Shown one piece after another: positions 24,801 to 38,331 of a stretch of DNA of 64,000 nt. Under the pieces are notes generated by a model that worked only from the letters and a program-made list of their open reading frames with translations, ran no database searches and was not told the DNA's origin. The position numbers and the translations under genes are program-made. Source of the stretch: Eledone cirrhosa (taxonomy: Eukaryota); contig OZ024742.1 in NCBI GenBank assembly GCA_964016885.1, positions 43,400,001-43,464,000 of the forward strand, in the 5' to 3' direction. Numbering within the stretch: the first letter of the stretch is position 1; each line of letters starts with the position of its first letter.

Positions 24801-25072
24801 TGTGGGTATGGTGTGGTGTGCGGTGGCCGGAAGCTGGGGAGTGCTCGTCCGGAAGAGTGCTTGACCGGAAGGGTGCTTGGCCGGAAGGGTGCTCGACCGG
24901 AAGGGCCAGCAGGTCGGCCTCTCTCTGGTGGTGATCTGGAATGTGGCGAACCCGAGTTTTGCAGCTCCGAGTTAACGAGTTGGATTGGACGCACGTGGAA
25001 GAGGAGAAACAAGCCATGGGATTTAGCGGCGCCTATGAAAAGCGGTAAGTGAGATAGCTTTTTCTAACCACA
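24801..25072 (+). repeat. 3' LTR
   Basis: TG..CA, preceded by AGGGGGGCA and followed by TSD ACAAG. Confidence 0.95.
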
Positions 25073-25884
25073 ACAAGAACATTACTTGCTTCATTAACAG
25101 TGATTAATTGTAGTTTAGTAGATGAATAAATTACTTGCAATGTTCACAAGATTAGACACTTTTTCTGTAAATGTAGTATCATCATCATCATTATCATTTA
25201 ACAACCATATTCTACATTAACATGAATAGTATATGTGGGATATCTTGTAGATTAAAATGTAGACATGATTGAGCAAAACGAATTTCATATTCATAAAGAG
25301 CACCCTTAAATTAACTGATATAACCTACAGAATTGTTTGCTAAAAAATTAGTGTCATGCAGTGTAATTTCCCACCTATAACAATATAGCTTATAGTGTTT
25401 AGTTCAAGTCTTCAAATACATATGGAGCGGGGGATAGTGGGATCCTGATACAGCTTATTGTTCACATAAAATTATATAGACTAGTCGGACCTGCAGACAT
25501 TCCATATTTTATAAATGATGTTATTTGTATATGTTGTTAAGGATGGGGAAGAGTAGCTCACCTGCCTCATTGGATGTCTCACTGGTTGATCTTCTCCAGA
25601 ATAGGGTATATTCGTGAATGCCCAACCCTCCAAACCTCAGGCCAGAATGTATAAACATATAACCCTAGCACATGTGGGAAGAACACATCCTCTCTTCCCA
25701 ACTGACTAATAGCCAAGAGGCACACCATGCTCCAGCTACTTCCTCTTACATGATGTCACTTTCCTTACTGCTTCCAGAAAGGCCTTTAAGCCCTATGACG
25801 TTACTGACCCGTATAATTCCAGCAAGGCCCCCAGCCCCACAGTCATAAACTTAAAGGTCTTCAAAACATTGTTTCACTATGTTA

Positions 25885-26335
25885 AAGATTTCAACTGTAT
25901 GAGATGCGTGATGCTGCATGGTAGTGAGACATGGGCAGCAACTGTGGAGGATATGTGACGGCTGGAGAGAAATGAAGCAAGCATGCTCCATTGGATGTGC
26001 AATGTCAATGTGCATGAACGACTAAGCATAGACGAGTTGAGAGAGAAATTGTGTATAAGTGTGTGGGAGAGAAGACTGCGTTCGTATGGACATGTGATGC
26101 GCATGGAGGATGACCGCTCGGTAAAGAAGTGCCAAGAAATCCCAATAGAAGGAAGATACAGTAGAGGAAGACCACGAAAAACATGGGCAGAAGTGGTGAG
26201 AGCTGACCTCAGATCACTGAAGTTCACAGAGGAGATGACAAAGGACCGTGACAAATGGAGAGATGCTGTGCTGAATAGGACTCGTCCCACCCAAGCAGGG
26301 AAAAGCAGACGTAAAATGATGATGATGATGATGAA
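25885..26335 (+). mobile_element. RTE LINE 3' end
   Basis: MLHGSETW..MLHWMCNV..RRLRSYGHVMRM..RGRPRKTWAEVV, then (TGA)n tail. Confidence 0.88.
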
Positions 26336-28009
26336 CCTCAAAATTATTTCATTATGTTAACCCTATAACATTTAAACCGTCCATATCTGACCAGAATTCT
26401 CTCACCTCTTTCTGTTCAAACTGGCCATAACTGGCCGCTTATACTGATTTTAAGGTATTGTTCTCAAAATAAATAACATCAAAATCTCGTAGATTCAATA
26501 TTATGTGAGATGATTACGTGAGGTAAAGCTTTTACTAAAAAAATACAATCATATATGTAGAGTAGTGTAAATGCTAAAGTGTTAAACATCTCAATTATGG
26601 CTTTGGTGTCATTCTATAGGTAAGGTTGTTAAAAGCGTGACATTTAAATATACCTCCCAACAAGGAGAATATTATAGATTATTTAACTGGTCTGGGAGGG
26701 CTGGTGGTTGGATGATTTGCCAAACTTCATGGAGAAGCTACAGCTGACCAAGTCAATAGGCTGTGAGACCACTGAATTTTGGATACATTGTACATATTCC
26801 ATCTCAGGTACCCAGATGTGTCAATGGCCAAGAGGCCAAGAAGAAGAATAAGCAAATTAGCAGAGTTGTTAGGGGGCGTTGAATTAAAGATAACTCAGTA
26901 TTTGTTCTGGCTCTCTGTACTCTAAGTTCAAATTCCGTGAAGGTCAATAAATAAGATAATAGTCAAGTACTGAAGTTGGTTCTTCCTCTTTCTCTCTTTC
27001 TTTCACTGGAAGAAATCAACTGTGTTCTAACATAGTGAAGAATAGGCTCCACCAGCTTTAAAATACCCAAGACCTCTATGACTCCATCAAGATTTGAGGC
27101 GTCCTTTTTTATATAACTGGTTTGAGGGAGAAGTGAGCAGTTGGAGGCCAAACTTCATGTGAAGTTACAACTGACCAAGTTAATAGGCAGTGAAAGTTTT
27201 GAACCCCCATCACAGGTGTTCAAAAGGGTCAGTGATCAGGATGTGTTACCCAGTGAACCAAATGACCAAGTACATTTCACTATAAGTAGCACAGAGAGGG
27301 AAAAGTGGTGAATTTTTATTTTTTTTATATATTTATTAGTTTGTTTGTTTTGTTTTGTTTTCTAAACCTAACCCTTTTAACATCAAACCATTTGAAACTG
27401 CCCTTGGTTCTACAATATATCAAAACTTTCTATCATAATTTTATACAAGAATTTTGTTAAGTTGTGTTCCAAACACCAGCTTAATAATGAGAAAGTTAGT
27501 TATATTGCTAAATCCCTCCAAATTATTGATTCATTTCAAAATGATTTGAAAATTATAGGCAGTGCATTTCATTAGAAATATAGTTATGAAACAGCAAAGA
27601 TCCCACAATTGTACAGAAATAACTTTTTCTTTGTGCTTTCAATAGAGAAGTAATATGTTATCTCCATGCCTTTTGTATAGAAATAGCGTTATGTTCATGT
27701 TTTTTACTCTTACTTATGTAAGTAAAGTGAAGTAAAGTGGGATGCCTGTATTTACTTACAAAAAGAGTGTTGAAGCCAATTCCATCACAACACTGACGTC
27801 TTTCTAAACAATTGATACATTTTGGAAACTAATTGACACAAACGAAAGAGAAAGAAAACACAAAACCAAACTAAAATAATCTATCTAAAACATCTATCCT
27901 TGAAATGAAGCGGAGCATAAAAACAAACCGAAAACCAAACAAATAATTCAATAATACAAGCTTTAATGATAAAATGAAAAGTTATTTACATTAACAGTTT
28001 TATATCAAA

Positions 28010-28689
28010 GTAGGAGTGGTACCCGGCGTTGCATGGGATAAGGTATTTTAGAACGCAGGCCGCCAACAGACCTAATCGTTGAAAAACTGCAGGCCTGGAC
28101 AATATGTAAAGAAAATAAACCGAATACTCTGATGGCTGGATAATCTTTAAGATTTTCCTTGATGAAGCAGGAAAAATGCAGGTTTTCATCTAATGCAGGC
28201 CCTAGGGGATCAAGAAAATGAATTTTTTTTATGTGCATAATATGCCTTGAAATTTCAGGAAAATCGGCTAGGCGTAACGCCTCAAAAAAGCCCTAAAAAG
28301 CTGAAAAAAATGAAGTTTTTCACCTAATGTGGGCAGCAGACAGCCAGACATACAGACAGATATTATAAGGGTGCGTTCTGGACGGAGAGGGAATTGTGGG
28401 AAGTGACGTAATGCAGACAGTCAGACATCCAGACAGATATTATAAGGGCGCAATGTTATATGTATCTATCTAAAAAGAGAAAGACTAAGAATTATAGAGA
28501 GAAATCGCTAAATCGCCTAATGCGGTCCCTAGGGCATTGAAAATTTGAAATTTTTTTGCTCAGAACACTCCCTGAAACATAAGTATTACATGTGTAAAGT
28601 TTGAAAAGAGTCGGTTGGGTGGTTCTCGAGTTTTAGGGATTCAAACTCACACACACACAGACAGACATCCTCAGTTTTATATATATAGA
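28010..28689 (-). mobile_element. Non-autonomous Helitron
   Basis: Minus 5' TCTATATATATAAAACTGAG; 3' hairpin CCCATGCAACGCCGGG followed by CTAC (degenerate CTAG). Confidence 0.65.
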
Positions 28690-29178
28690 CTAACAGAAAA
28701 CCACCCGGTGGGCGGTTTTCTGCTAGCAAATCTAGTGTATATACTGATATTGTTGAGATTTGGATGAGAAATGTTTTCGGCACCACATGTTCACCGTCTC
28801 TCGGTGTGTCTTTTATGCATGTATAAATATACATGTTATCTATACGGTGAAATCTTTGAAATAAATATATGTTAAAACGAAAAAGGAGAAAAAGAGATTA
28901 GTGACGGAAATATAAACGTTATGATACATAAACGTTATGATATAACGATGGAAATATATCTTCAAATGGTCCTTGGCATGGTGTCAAGTCAGAACCACCT
29001 CGAACTGGTTACTTCTGGCTTGTGCAACCAGCAATTCCCTCGGCCTCAGTGACCAAAGTCAGTGGAGAGGGGAAGGTAATGTTTCTATAGCGACAGTGTT
29101 TCTCTTGGTAGTACCAAAGTGGAGAAAGCAAGGGGAAGGTAATATTTCTGTAGCACCTACATTTGAGTTTTAGGGAAG

Positions 29179-29212
<34 letters not shown>

Positions 29213-29221
29213 GAAATGCCC

Positions 29222-29620
29222 ATATATTTCTGTGTGTGTATATATATATATTACACACACAGAAATGTATATATATTTCTGTGTGTGTATATATATATAT
29301 ATTACACACACAGAAATGTATATATATTTCTGTGTGTATATATATATATTACACACACAGAAATGTATATATATTTCTGTGTGTGTATATATATATTACA
29401 CACACAGAAATGTATATATATTTCTGTGTGTGTATATATATATTACACACACAGAAATGTATATATATTTCTGTGTGTGTATATATATATATATTACACA
29501 CACAGAAATGTATATATATTTCTGTGTGTGTATATATATATTACACACACAGAAATGTATATATATTTCTGTGTGTGTATATATATATATATTACACACA
29601 CAGAAATGTATATATATTTC
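29222..29620. repeat. Palindromic minisatellite, 8 units of 47-51 bp
   Basis: Unit ATTTCTGTGTGTGT(AT)nTACACACACAGAAATGTATATAT; each unit is self-complementary. Confidence 0.92.
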
Positions 29621-32559
29621 TTAGAACAAAATTAATGTTTTGCTGTTCATAACAATTGGAATTGAAAAATTACTTTTGAAATTATTAGTTATTTTACTAA
29701 TGCTTAGATATGTAAAAATGAAGCAATGTTTCTAATAATTGTTTCTACTTTTGGCACAAGGCCAGCAATTACCCAGTACATTACTGGTACTTTATTTTAT
29801 CGACCCCATGAGGATGAAAGGCAAAGTTAACCTCGGCGGTATTTGAACTCAGACCGTAAAGGGACGTAACTCCATGCTATGAAGCATGGTGTCCGACTCT
29901 CTACAGATTCTGCCAATCCACCACCCTAATGTCTGTACGTAATGAGGGAGTGAGAGGGGAGAGAAAGAAAGGCAGAGGTGAAGTGACGAAGTGACTCTCT
30001 CCTTCTCCTCCTCCTCCATCTCCCCATTCGTCACAGCGATAGAGGGGAGGAATGTTAGTGTGTTACAAAGAGAAAGAGTGAGAGTGAGAGAAACAGACAG
30101 ACTAAAAGAGAGGGATAGCTGGAGGGAGAGAGAGATAGCAACCACGCGCGCACGTGTTTCCACTGTCGGACAGACAGACAGAGAAATTGCTGGTTATATA
30201 TTATAAGGAGACTAGTGGAACTGAGAAATATTGACCAAGTTATTTGTTGTAGTTTTACAAAAACAACCAGGTTTACAAGTTGTGACATATTTTAAAAAGT
30301 ATTATGTCCACCCTTTGCTAGCAGATGTTAAATGATTATGATGATGGTGGTGATGATGTTGATGTTGCTGTGGCTGCTGCTGATGATGATGATGATGCCA
30401 AATGAGGAAATAAAAGGTGGGAGACTGGCAGACATGATAAAGTGACAACCACATTAACCCTTTATCATTTACATTATTCTTTATTTACTATTGTATTTTC
30501 ATGGTAAAGTCTTTACCTCACATAATATTTAACATAATATCGAATCTATGAGATTTTGATATTATTTGTTTTTAGAACAATACCTTAACATCAGTATGAG
30601 TGGCCAGTTACAGACATTGCTTGCCAAGGAATAGGTGTGAGAGTGAGGTAACTTGCAAATAGAAGGGGATGAAAAAGAAATGTGGCCTTAAAGAGAGTGA
30701 ATGACATTGTGACATCTTTGGTCAGGCTAGGAAGTCATGAATGGGAGCAAGAGTTGGGGGAGCTACTTGATCCTTGCCAAGGAAGGAGGTGAAAGACAGC
30801 AGTGGCCTTAGAGTAAGGCCTGAGATACGGCCTTGATGGGGAATGTATGTTTCTTCAAAACTGAAGTGAGACTCATTTTGAACTATTACTCACATAACTT
30901 ATGATGTTGTTGTTGCACATGCAGATATCATAGAATAAAAAAACCATTCAGCTATTGGCAAAAAAATATTACAACTGGCTCACAGACATACTCTCTCTCT
31001 CTCTCCTCAATAACAACCATTCTTCAGATTTACCAAGCGGCATACTACCTGTGCCAAATACCATCATCGTCATCATCTACCTTCGTTTTTCCATGCTAGT
31101 ATGGGTTGGACAGATTTATCTCCGCTTACCTCTACTTGATATATTCCTTCATTGTCTCCTCTGTGAGGTTTCTAAATACACTCTTTAAAGTGGTTGAAAC
31201 AATACAAAATATGAAACATATGAGTAAAATGTGACAACACATCCAACCCATGCCAGCATTGAAAGCAGACATAAAATGAAAATAATAATAATTGTTTCTA
31301 CTATAGGCACAAAGCCAGCAATTTTTTAGTGGAGGAGAAAGTCAATTAAATCGACCCCAGTGCATTACTGGTGCTTTATTTTATTGAATCTATTAGGATG
31401 AAAGGCAAAACTAATCTCAGCGGAATTTGAACTCAGAACATAAAGGGTCACAACTCTATGCAGCAAAGCATGTTGTCTGACACTCTACTGATACTGCCAA
31501 TCCACTGTAGTAATAATTGTTTCTTATATAGGTACAAGGCCAGCAATTTTGGGGGAGGGGAAAGTCGATTAACTCAACCCCAGTGTGTGACTGGTACTTT
31601 ATTTTATCGACCCCGTAAGGATGAAAGGCAAAGCTAACCTCGGCGGGATTTGAACTCAGAACGTAAAGGGATGTAACTCGATGCCACAGTAATAATAATG
31701 ATGGCAACATAATATATTGTCAATCGATATAGCACATTCCAAATATGGTAGTTTTATGTATTCTTATTTTTATTATTCTTCCCAGCAATGTGTTTTTTTA
31801 TTTGTTTTCTTTCAAATATGACCAATATTACTATAAATATTGTGAGTCCTGTTTATTTGCATATTGTAACCTCTGGTGATATTGTATCTATATGAGGACA
31901 CACACTAGCAGATCTGGATTAAAATGATAAAACGTATTTTTTTTATTGAGGCACCACCTTTTTTAGTCTATCATATTCATTGATTTCCAATTTAGACACA
32001 AGGTCAATAATTTGAGGGGAGATGAAAGTCAATTACATTGACCTCTGTACATGACTGGTACTATGGTACTATATTTTATCAACCTCGGAAGGATGAAATG
32101 TAAAGTTTAGCATGGTGGCATTTGAACTCAAAATGCAAAAGGGTCATAATTGAATGCTGCAAAATAGTTTGTCCTACACCGTAACAATTCTGCCAATCTC
32201 CTGTCTTTTCTTAAGTCGGTCATATAGAACAACTACTTATTTTTCAAATTTTTTTTGAAATAAACCACGTTTTTCAGTCACAGCTTCAAATTTTTTTGAA
32301 ATAAACCACATTTTTCAGTCACAGCTTCAAATTGGGGCATTTGTTTCCAAATGAATCTAACATTATCATTAATGTTCGATATATGTATATATGTGTATAC
32401 ATATATATGTGTGATTGTGTGCATACTTAGATTTATGTATCAGCTGTGCTAGGGCAAGAAATAAAATTCTAATTTTATTTTTTTTATAAAATCAAAGACT
32501 GGTGTAAAACCAAAGACTGGTGTATATTAATTTAGCTTTTTGAGGATAGTGTCATATTA

Positions 32560-33251
32560 TTATTGAGCTAATTCAGAATATGAGATGGGAAACAGAAAGT
32601 TTAAGACAACAAGAAAGATAATCGCAACTTTGTGAAAGAACCTGAGACAGGATACAAATATTAAGACAAGTAGAAAGACTATCGCAATAAACAGAGGTTC
32701 AATATGAAAATGACCAAGAGGCAATGACAGTTCAAAAACGACTCTTCAAGGCAGAATAAACTGGCTAAGAGCTGCATTTTCATATGATCCATCGAAGAAT
32801 TATAGAAATTATCCTAAAGTTGCGATTGATAGCATGGATGTTACACTTGGCATAGGAGGAAAGGTCTGACTTCCACTGATAGAGGACCCTCCAGCTTTTA
32901 TCCGCATAGTGCCTACAGACCATACTAATGAAGCTAAATACTTCAGAAGCAAGGTTATACGGTATATTGCTGCGTTTCAGATGACGTACTTTGGAGCTGA
33001 AAAAGATCATACTGACTATGGTTATTTCACAGCATTTAAAATCCAAGGTCAATGCTACCAGTTTACTCACCCAGCCTAATAAGGAAGTTTTATGATTGTT
33101 TTTTTATGTCTCTCTCTCTATTTCTCTCACACACACACATTACGGTCTCACATCATACTGTAAACCAGACAACACATCCAATACAGTCGTTTTCTCTTTT
33201 ATCCGTCTTCTATTAACTGTTCTCCCGGGTGAAGCCGGGTACCTCAGGTAG
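32560..33251 (+). mobile_element. Helitron deletion derivative with RepHel N-terminal remnants
   Basis: AAFSYDPSKNY..VAIDSM and RYIAAFQMTYFGA..FTAFKIQGQCY; 3' hairpin CCCGGGTGAAGCCGGG then GTAG|T; 5' boundary uncertain. Confidence 0.8.
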
Positions 33252-33339
33252 TATATAATATTATTAAATTATATTATACTATATTATATTATATTATATT
33301 TCTATGTGTACATTATTGTATTGTTATGTCTTTATACAG

Positions 33340-33602
33340 GATCAAGTGCATGCTATGGAAAACTTGGTTGTTTCAGCTCTGATGGGTTCTTCAGTATCTA
33401 CAGACCCATCAACTTCCTTCCAGAGTCTCGAGAAACAGTGAACACTCAGTTCCGTTTGTTCACCAGACAGAATATGAAGGAAGATACTTTAGTTCGTGCT
33501 GATTACCCACTGACACTGACTATGTCCCATTTCAACAGCAGCAACCCAACTAAGTTCCTTGTACATGGCTTCACAGACAATGGATTCAAACCTTGGATTC
33601 TG
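33340..33602 (+). CDS. Pancreatic lipase-like protein, first coding exon seen (phase 1 to 0)
   Basis: AG/GT sites; SACYGKLGCFS..RPINFLPES..VNTQFRLFTRQN..FNSSNPTKFLVHGF..PWIL matches the pancreatic lipase N-terminus. Confidence 0.93.
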
Positions 33603-33899
33603 GTAGGTTACCTCCCTTATTAAAGCTGTTTTTTTCTCATTATTTCTGATTACACTGCACAACAATTCTGTTAGAAGTGTTTTGATGGGTTTTTGAAGCA
33701 TATATTAATGGATGGAAGATTTCGCAGCTTTAGCATCAATCCTTCATTATCACCCTATGGACTTTTGAGCTAACCCTCGTATACATAAACATGCATATAC
33801 AATCTTGAATGTATTTACAGCCGTATCCCATAGCTATTGATTGTCATGCATAAAAATACACATTCATTTATATATATAAACACATACAAACATATATTG

Positions 33900-34960
33900 T
33901 ATTTATGTAGTAGAAAGGAATTGTTAAGATGGTTAATTGTAGGATTAAATAAAGATTTTGTGCTTGCAAGAAGATTTAAGTTCGGGTTTGCATTTGAAGA
34001 GTTTTACTTTGGAGAAGAGAATTTTGTAAGATTTGGTTGTACCTAGTTAGCAGGGTTTGTAGTTTATGTAGTAAGTTGGGTTGTGGTCTATAGTTTTCCA
34101 AGTTATGTTGTAGAGTATATTCTTAGATTTCAAGAACTAGATATAGCAGGATAAAGATGTAATTCTTTCTGTTTATGCTTTGAAAAGTGTGAGTTGGTTG
34201 GTAGGACATCAAAGGTGTTTGTGTGTTAGTGTCGGTTGTTACCTTGGTGCTATAAACAATATTATTAGCTAAAGTGTTTCTGTTAAATGGACAAGTTGTA
34301 TTGTCGATACGGTTACAGTTTGGTGGGTTTCCTTTGTTTTGCAGGTTATATGTGTTTTGTGCTTTGGTTAAATTATATTAGTTGGTATTGGCAATGATTT
34401 GTTCAAAGTTTTTTGTGGTTGAAAGTTTGGTATTGTGTTTGTTGATTAATTTATGGTACTTTTAGTCCTTGGGAAAGTGTTTTTTAGGTAGCTTGAAAAA
34501 CATTGTTGTGACTAGTGTGGGGACTTGCATATTGGGTCGTACCTGGTCATTTTTCTATTTTTATTTTTACTTATATACTTTTTCACTGTTGGTGTAGTGT
34601 TGTAGTGTATTTTGTTATTGTGTTCACTATTTTGTAAGGAATTATTATAGACAGTGTCTCTTTGTTTGAAATCTGATTCATTGGAAAAGAAGATTGAATA
34701 AGTTTGCTATATTTTTTTAGTATGATGGGAGGATTGGTGTGTGTATTGTATTTTTTCATTCTCTATTTTATAGGGTTTATGTAATGATGTATTTAAGTTC
34801 AAGTTGACATCTAGGAAATTGACAGTTTTTAGTCACGTTACTACAGTGATAGGGAAACTGAGTTCTTTTTGTGCAATTTGCCTATTTGCTGTTTGATAAT
34901 TTCATATAGAAATAGTAATATGTCATCTGTATACAGTCCTCCTAAAACCAAAGAAAATTT
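33900..34960 (-). mobile_element. Degenerate Penelope-like element (RT C-terminal part and probable GIY-YIG region), intronic
   Basis: Minus remnants GLYTDD, TVNFLDVNLNL..HKPY, HFPKD.KYHKLINKHN and CPFN..NIVY; many stops and frameshifts. Confidence 0.7.
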
Positions 34961-35012
34961 GTTAAGGAGTTGCTCCTTATACACATTCATTCATGCAAAC
35001 AAACATTTAGAC

Positions 35013-37798
35013 CAGTGATTCCCAACATGGGGTGCACACCCCTCAAGGGGGCGATTTAAATATTTAAAGGGGTCTTTTGAAAATGATGTTAATGAGAACA
35101 AACTTCAGGTTTTACCTTGTTACTTTGACACTGAGGCAACTTTAGTACACATTACTGTCAGAAACTCCTGTCTCACCTCCTCCTTCACACACGTTACTGT
35201 GTGTATCTGGTACCACCTGTATGGTACACATTACTGTCAGAAATTCCTGTCTCACCTCCTCCTTCACACGCGTTACTGTGTGTATCTAGTACCACCTATA
35301 TGGTACACATTACTGTCAGAAACTCCTGTCTCACCTCCTCCTTCACATATGTTACTGTGTGTATCTGGTACCACCTGTATGGTACACATTACTGTCAGAA
35401 ACTCCTGTCTCTACTCCTCCTTCACACACGTTACTGTGTGTATCTGGTACCACCTGTATGGTACACATTACTGTCAGAAACTCCTGTCTCACCTCCTCCT
35501 TCACACAGGTTACTGTGTGTATCTGGTACCACCTGTATGGTACACATTACTGTCAGAAACTCCTGTCTCTACTCCTCCTTCACACACGTTACTGTGTGTA
35601 TCTGGTACCACCTGTATGGTACAAATTACTGTCAGAAACTCCTGTCTCACCTCCTCCTTCACACATGTTACTGTGTGTATCTGGTACCACCTGTATGGTA
35701 CACATTACTGTCAGAAACTCCTGTCTCACCTCCTCCTTCACACATGTTACTGTGTGTATCTGGTACCACCTGTATGGTACAAATTACTGTCAGAAACTCC
35801 TGTCTCACCTCCTCCTTCACACATGTTACTGTGTGTATCTGGTACCACCTGTATGGTACAAATTACTGTCAGAAACTCCTGTCTCACCTCCTCCTTCACA
35901 CATGTTACTCTGTGTATCTGGTACCACCTGTATGGTACACATTACTGTCAGAAACTCCTGTCTCACCTCCTCCTTCACACATGTTACTGTGTGTATCTAG
36001 TACCACCTGTATGGTACACATTACTGTCAGAAACTCCTGTCTCACCTCCTCCTTTCCACAGGTTACTGTGTGTATCTGGTACCATCTATATGGTACACAT
36101 TACTGTCAGAAACTCCTGTCTCACCTCCTCCTTCACACATGTTACTGTGTGTATCTGGTACCACCTATAAGGTACACATTACTGTCAGAAACTCCTGTCT
36201 CACCTCCTCCTTTCCACAGGTTACTGTGTGTATCTGGTACCATCTATATGGTACACATTACTGTCAGAAACTCCTGACTCACCTCCTCCTTCACACACGT
36301 TACTGTGTGTATCTGGTACCACCTGTATGGTACACATTACTGTCAGAAACTCTTGTCTCACCTCCTCCTTCACACATGTTACTGTGTGTATCTGGTACCA
36401 CCTGTATGGTACACATTACTGTCAGAAACTCCTGTCTCACCTCCTCCTTCACACATGTTACTGTGTGTATCTGGTACCACCTATATGGTACACATTACTG
36501 TCAGAAACTCCTGTCTCACCTCCTCCTTCACACAGGTTACTGTGTGTATCTGGTACCACCTATATGGTACACATTACTGTCAGAAACTCCTGTCTCACCT
36601 CCTCCTTCACACATGTTACTGTGTGTATCTGGTACCACCTGTATGGTACACATTACTGTCAGAAACGCCTGACTCACCTCCTCCTTCACACATGTTACTG
36701 TGTGTATCTGGTACCACCTGTATGGTACACATTACTGTCAGAAACTCCTGTCTCACCTTCTCCTTCACACATGTTACTGTGTGTAACTGGTACCACCTGT
36801 ATGATACACATTACTGTCAGAAACTCCTGACTCACCTTATCCTTCACACATGTTACTGTGTGTATCTGGTACCACCTGTATGGTACACATTACTGTCAGA
36901 AACTCCTGTCTCGCCTCCTTCTTCACATATGTTACTGTGTGTATCTGGTACCACCTGTATGGTACACATTACTGTCAGAAACTCCTGTCTCACCTCCTCC
37001 TTCACATGTATTACTGTGTGTATCTGGTACCACCTATATGGTACACATTACTGTCAGAAACTCCTGTCTCACCTTCTCCTTCACACATGTTACTCTGTGT
37101 ATCTGGTACCACCTGTATGGTACACATTACTGTCAGAAACTCCTGTCTCACCTCCTCCTTCACACATGTTACTGTGTGTATCTGGTACCACCTGTATGGT
37201 ACACATTACTGTCAGAAACTCCTGTCTCACCTTATCCTTCACACACGTTACTGTGTGTATCTGGTACCACCTGTATGGTACACATTACTGTCAGAAACTC
37301 CTGTCTCACCTTCTCCTTCACATATGTTACTGTGTGTATCTGGTACCACCTGTATGGTACACATTACTGTCAGAAACTCCTGTCTCACCTTCTCCTTCAC
37401 ACATGTTACTGTGTGTATCTGGTACCACCTGTATGGTACACATTACTGTCAGAAACTTCTGTCTCACCTTCTCCTTCACACACGTTACTGTGTGTATCTG
37501 GTACCACCTGTATGGTACACATTACTGTCAGAAACTCCTGTCTCACCTTCTCCTTCACACATGTTATTGTGTGTATCTGGTACCACCTGTATGGTACACA
37601 TTACTGTCAGAAACTCCTGTCTCACCTCCTCCTTCACACACGTTACTGTGTGTATCTGGTACCAACTATATAAGAAATTTGTTCATACTTTACAATTGAT
37701 CATTGCTGTTTTCATATAAATTTTTATGGTGGGAGGGGGCAATAGCAATTTTTGGCATGTGGAGGTGGGGCAGGGTGCACAAAAGGTGGAGACCACTG
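35013..37798 (+). mobile_element. hAT (Charlie-like) MITE enclosing a 79-bp tandem array
   Basis: TIRs CAGTGATTCCCAAC / GTGGAGACCACTG; 8-bp TSD ATTTAGAC at 35005-35012 and 37799-37806. Confidence 0.88.
35146..37665. repeat. 79-bp tandem repeat, about 32 copies
   Basis: Unit TACACATTACTGTCAGAAACTCCTGTCTCACCTCCTCCTTCACACATGTTACTGTGTGTATCTGGTACCACCTGTATGG. Confidence 0.97.
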
Positions 37799-37941
37799 AT
37801 TTAGACCTTCATATGCACACACTGATTTTCTTATAGTTTTTGATGTATTTTTATTTCTTCTTTTAGCTTTTATATTCCAAATTAAAAAAAAAAACATTAT
37901 TAACTATAATTAACATAAATAAACTCCATTTTCTTTTTCAG

Positions 37942-38088
37942 CATATGAAGGATGAATTCCTAAAGTTTGGAGACTTAAACGTATTCATTGTTGACTGGGG
38001 CAGTGGTTCAAAACCACCTTATGTCCAGGCAACTGGAAATACTCGATTGGTCGGAGCAGAAATTGTTTATCTCATTAAATTTTTAGAG
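37942..38088 (+). CDS. Pancreatic lipase-like exon (phase 0 to 0)
   Basis: HMKDEFLKFGDLNVFIVDWGSGSKPPYVQATGNTRLVGAEIVYLIKFLE; AG/GT. Confidence 0.95.
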
Positions 38089-38133
38089 GTTTGCTATATC
38101 TATATTTTTTAGCATTTGATAGTTTTCTTGTTG

Positions 38134-38165
<32 letters not shown>

Positions 38166-38238
38166 TCTCTGTCTGTCAACTTACCTATAATTATCTCTCT
38201 CTGTGTAGATTCAAACCTGGGACACAGAAGGTTTACAC

Positions 38239-38323
<85 letters not shown>

Positions 38324-38331
38324 AATGATGC

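Larger units (their letters stand above)
20880..25072 (+). mobile_element. Full-length Ty3/Gypsy LTR retrotransposon (4193 bp, decayed ORFs)
   Basis: 272-bp TG..CA LTRs, 5-bp TSD ACAAG (20875-79 and 25073-77), PPT before 24801, domain order gag-PR-RT-RH-IN. Confidence 0.96.
19460..25363 (+). mobile_element. Chapaev3-like (CMC) DNA transposon deletion derivative hosting a SINE and the Gypsy element
   Basis: TIR CACTGCATGA/TCATGCAGTG; 3-bp TAA TSD (19457-59 and 25364-66); subterminal IR AGGGTGCTCTTT..TGAATATGAA; transposase remnants ..DCYFCITNV..IKYPNLPSTIRPQP at 20450-20600. The family assignment rests on my recall of these motifs. Confidence 0.75.

Noticed and set aside
26597-26625. Possible first lipase exon ATGGCTTTGGTGTCATTCTATAG|GTAAGG
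   Set aside because: Phase 2 donor is incompatible with the phase 1 acceptor at 33340, and it is too short for a signal peptide
35146-37665. CRISPR-like or ribozyme array
   Set aside because: No unique spacers, no cas genes, eukaryotic context, and no CUGANGA core on either strand
35199-37719. Long ORFs (200-464 aa) in all three + frames
   Set aside because: Artefact of a 79-bp unit with no stop codons, cycling through frames inside an intronic MITE
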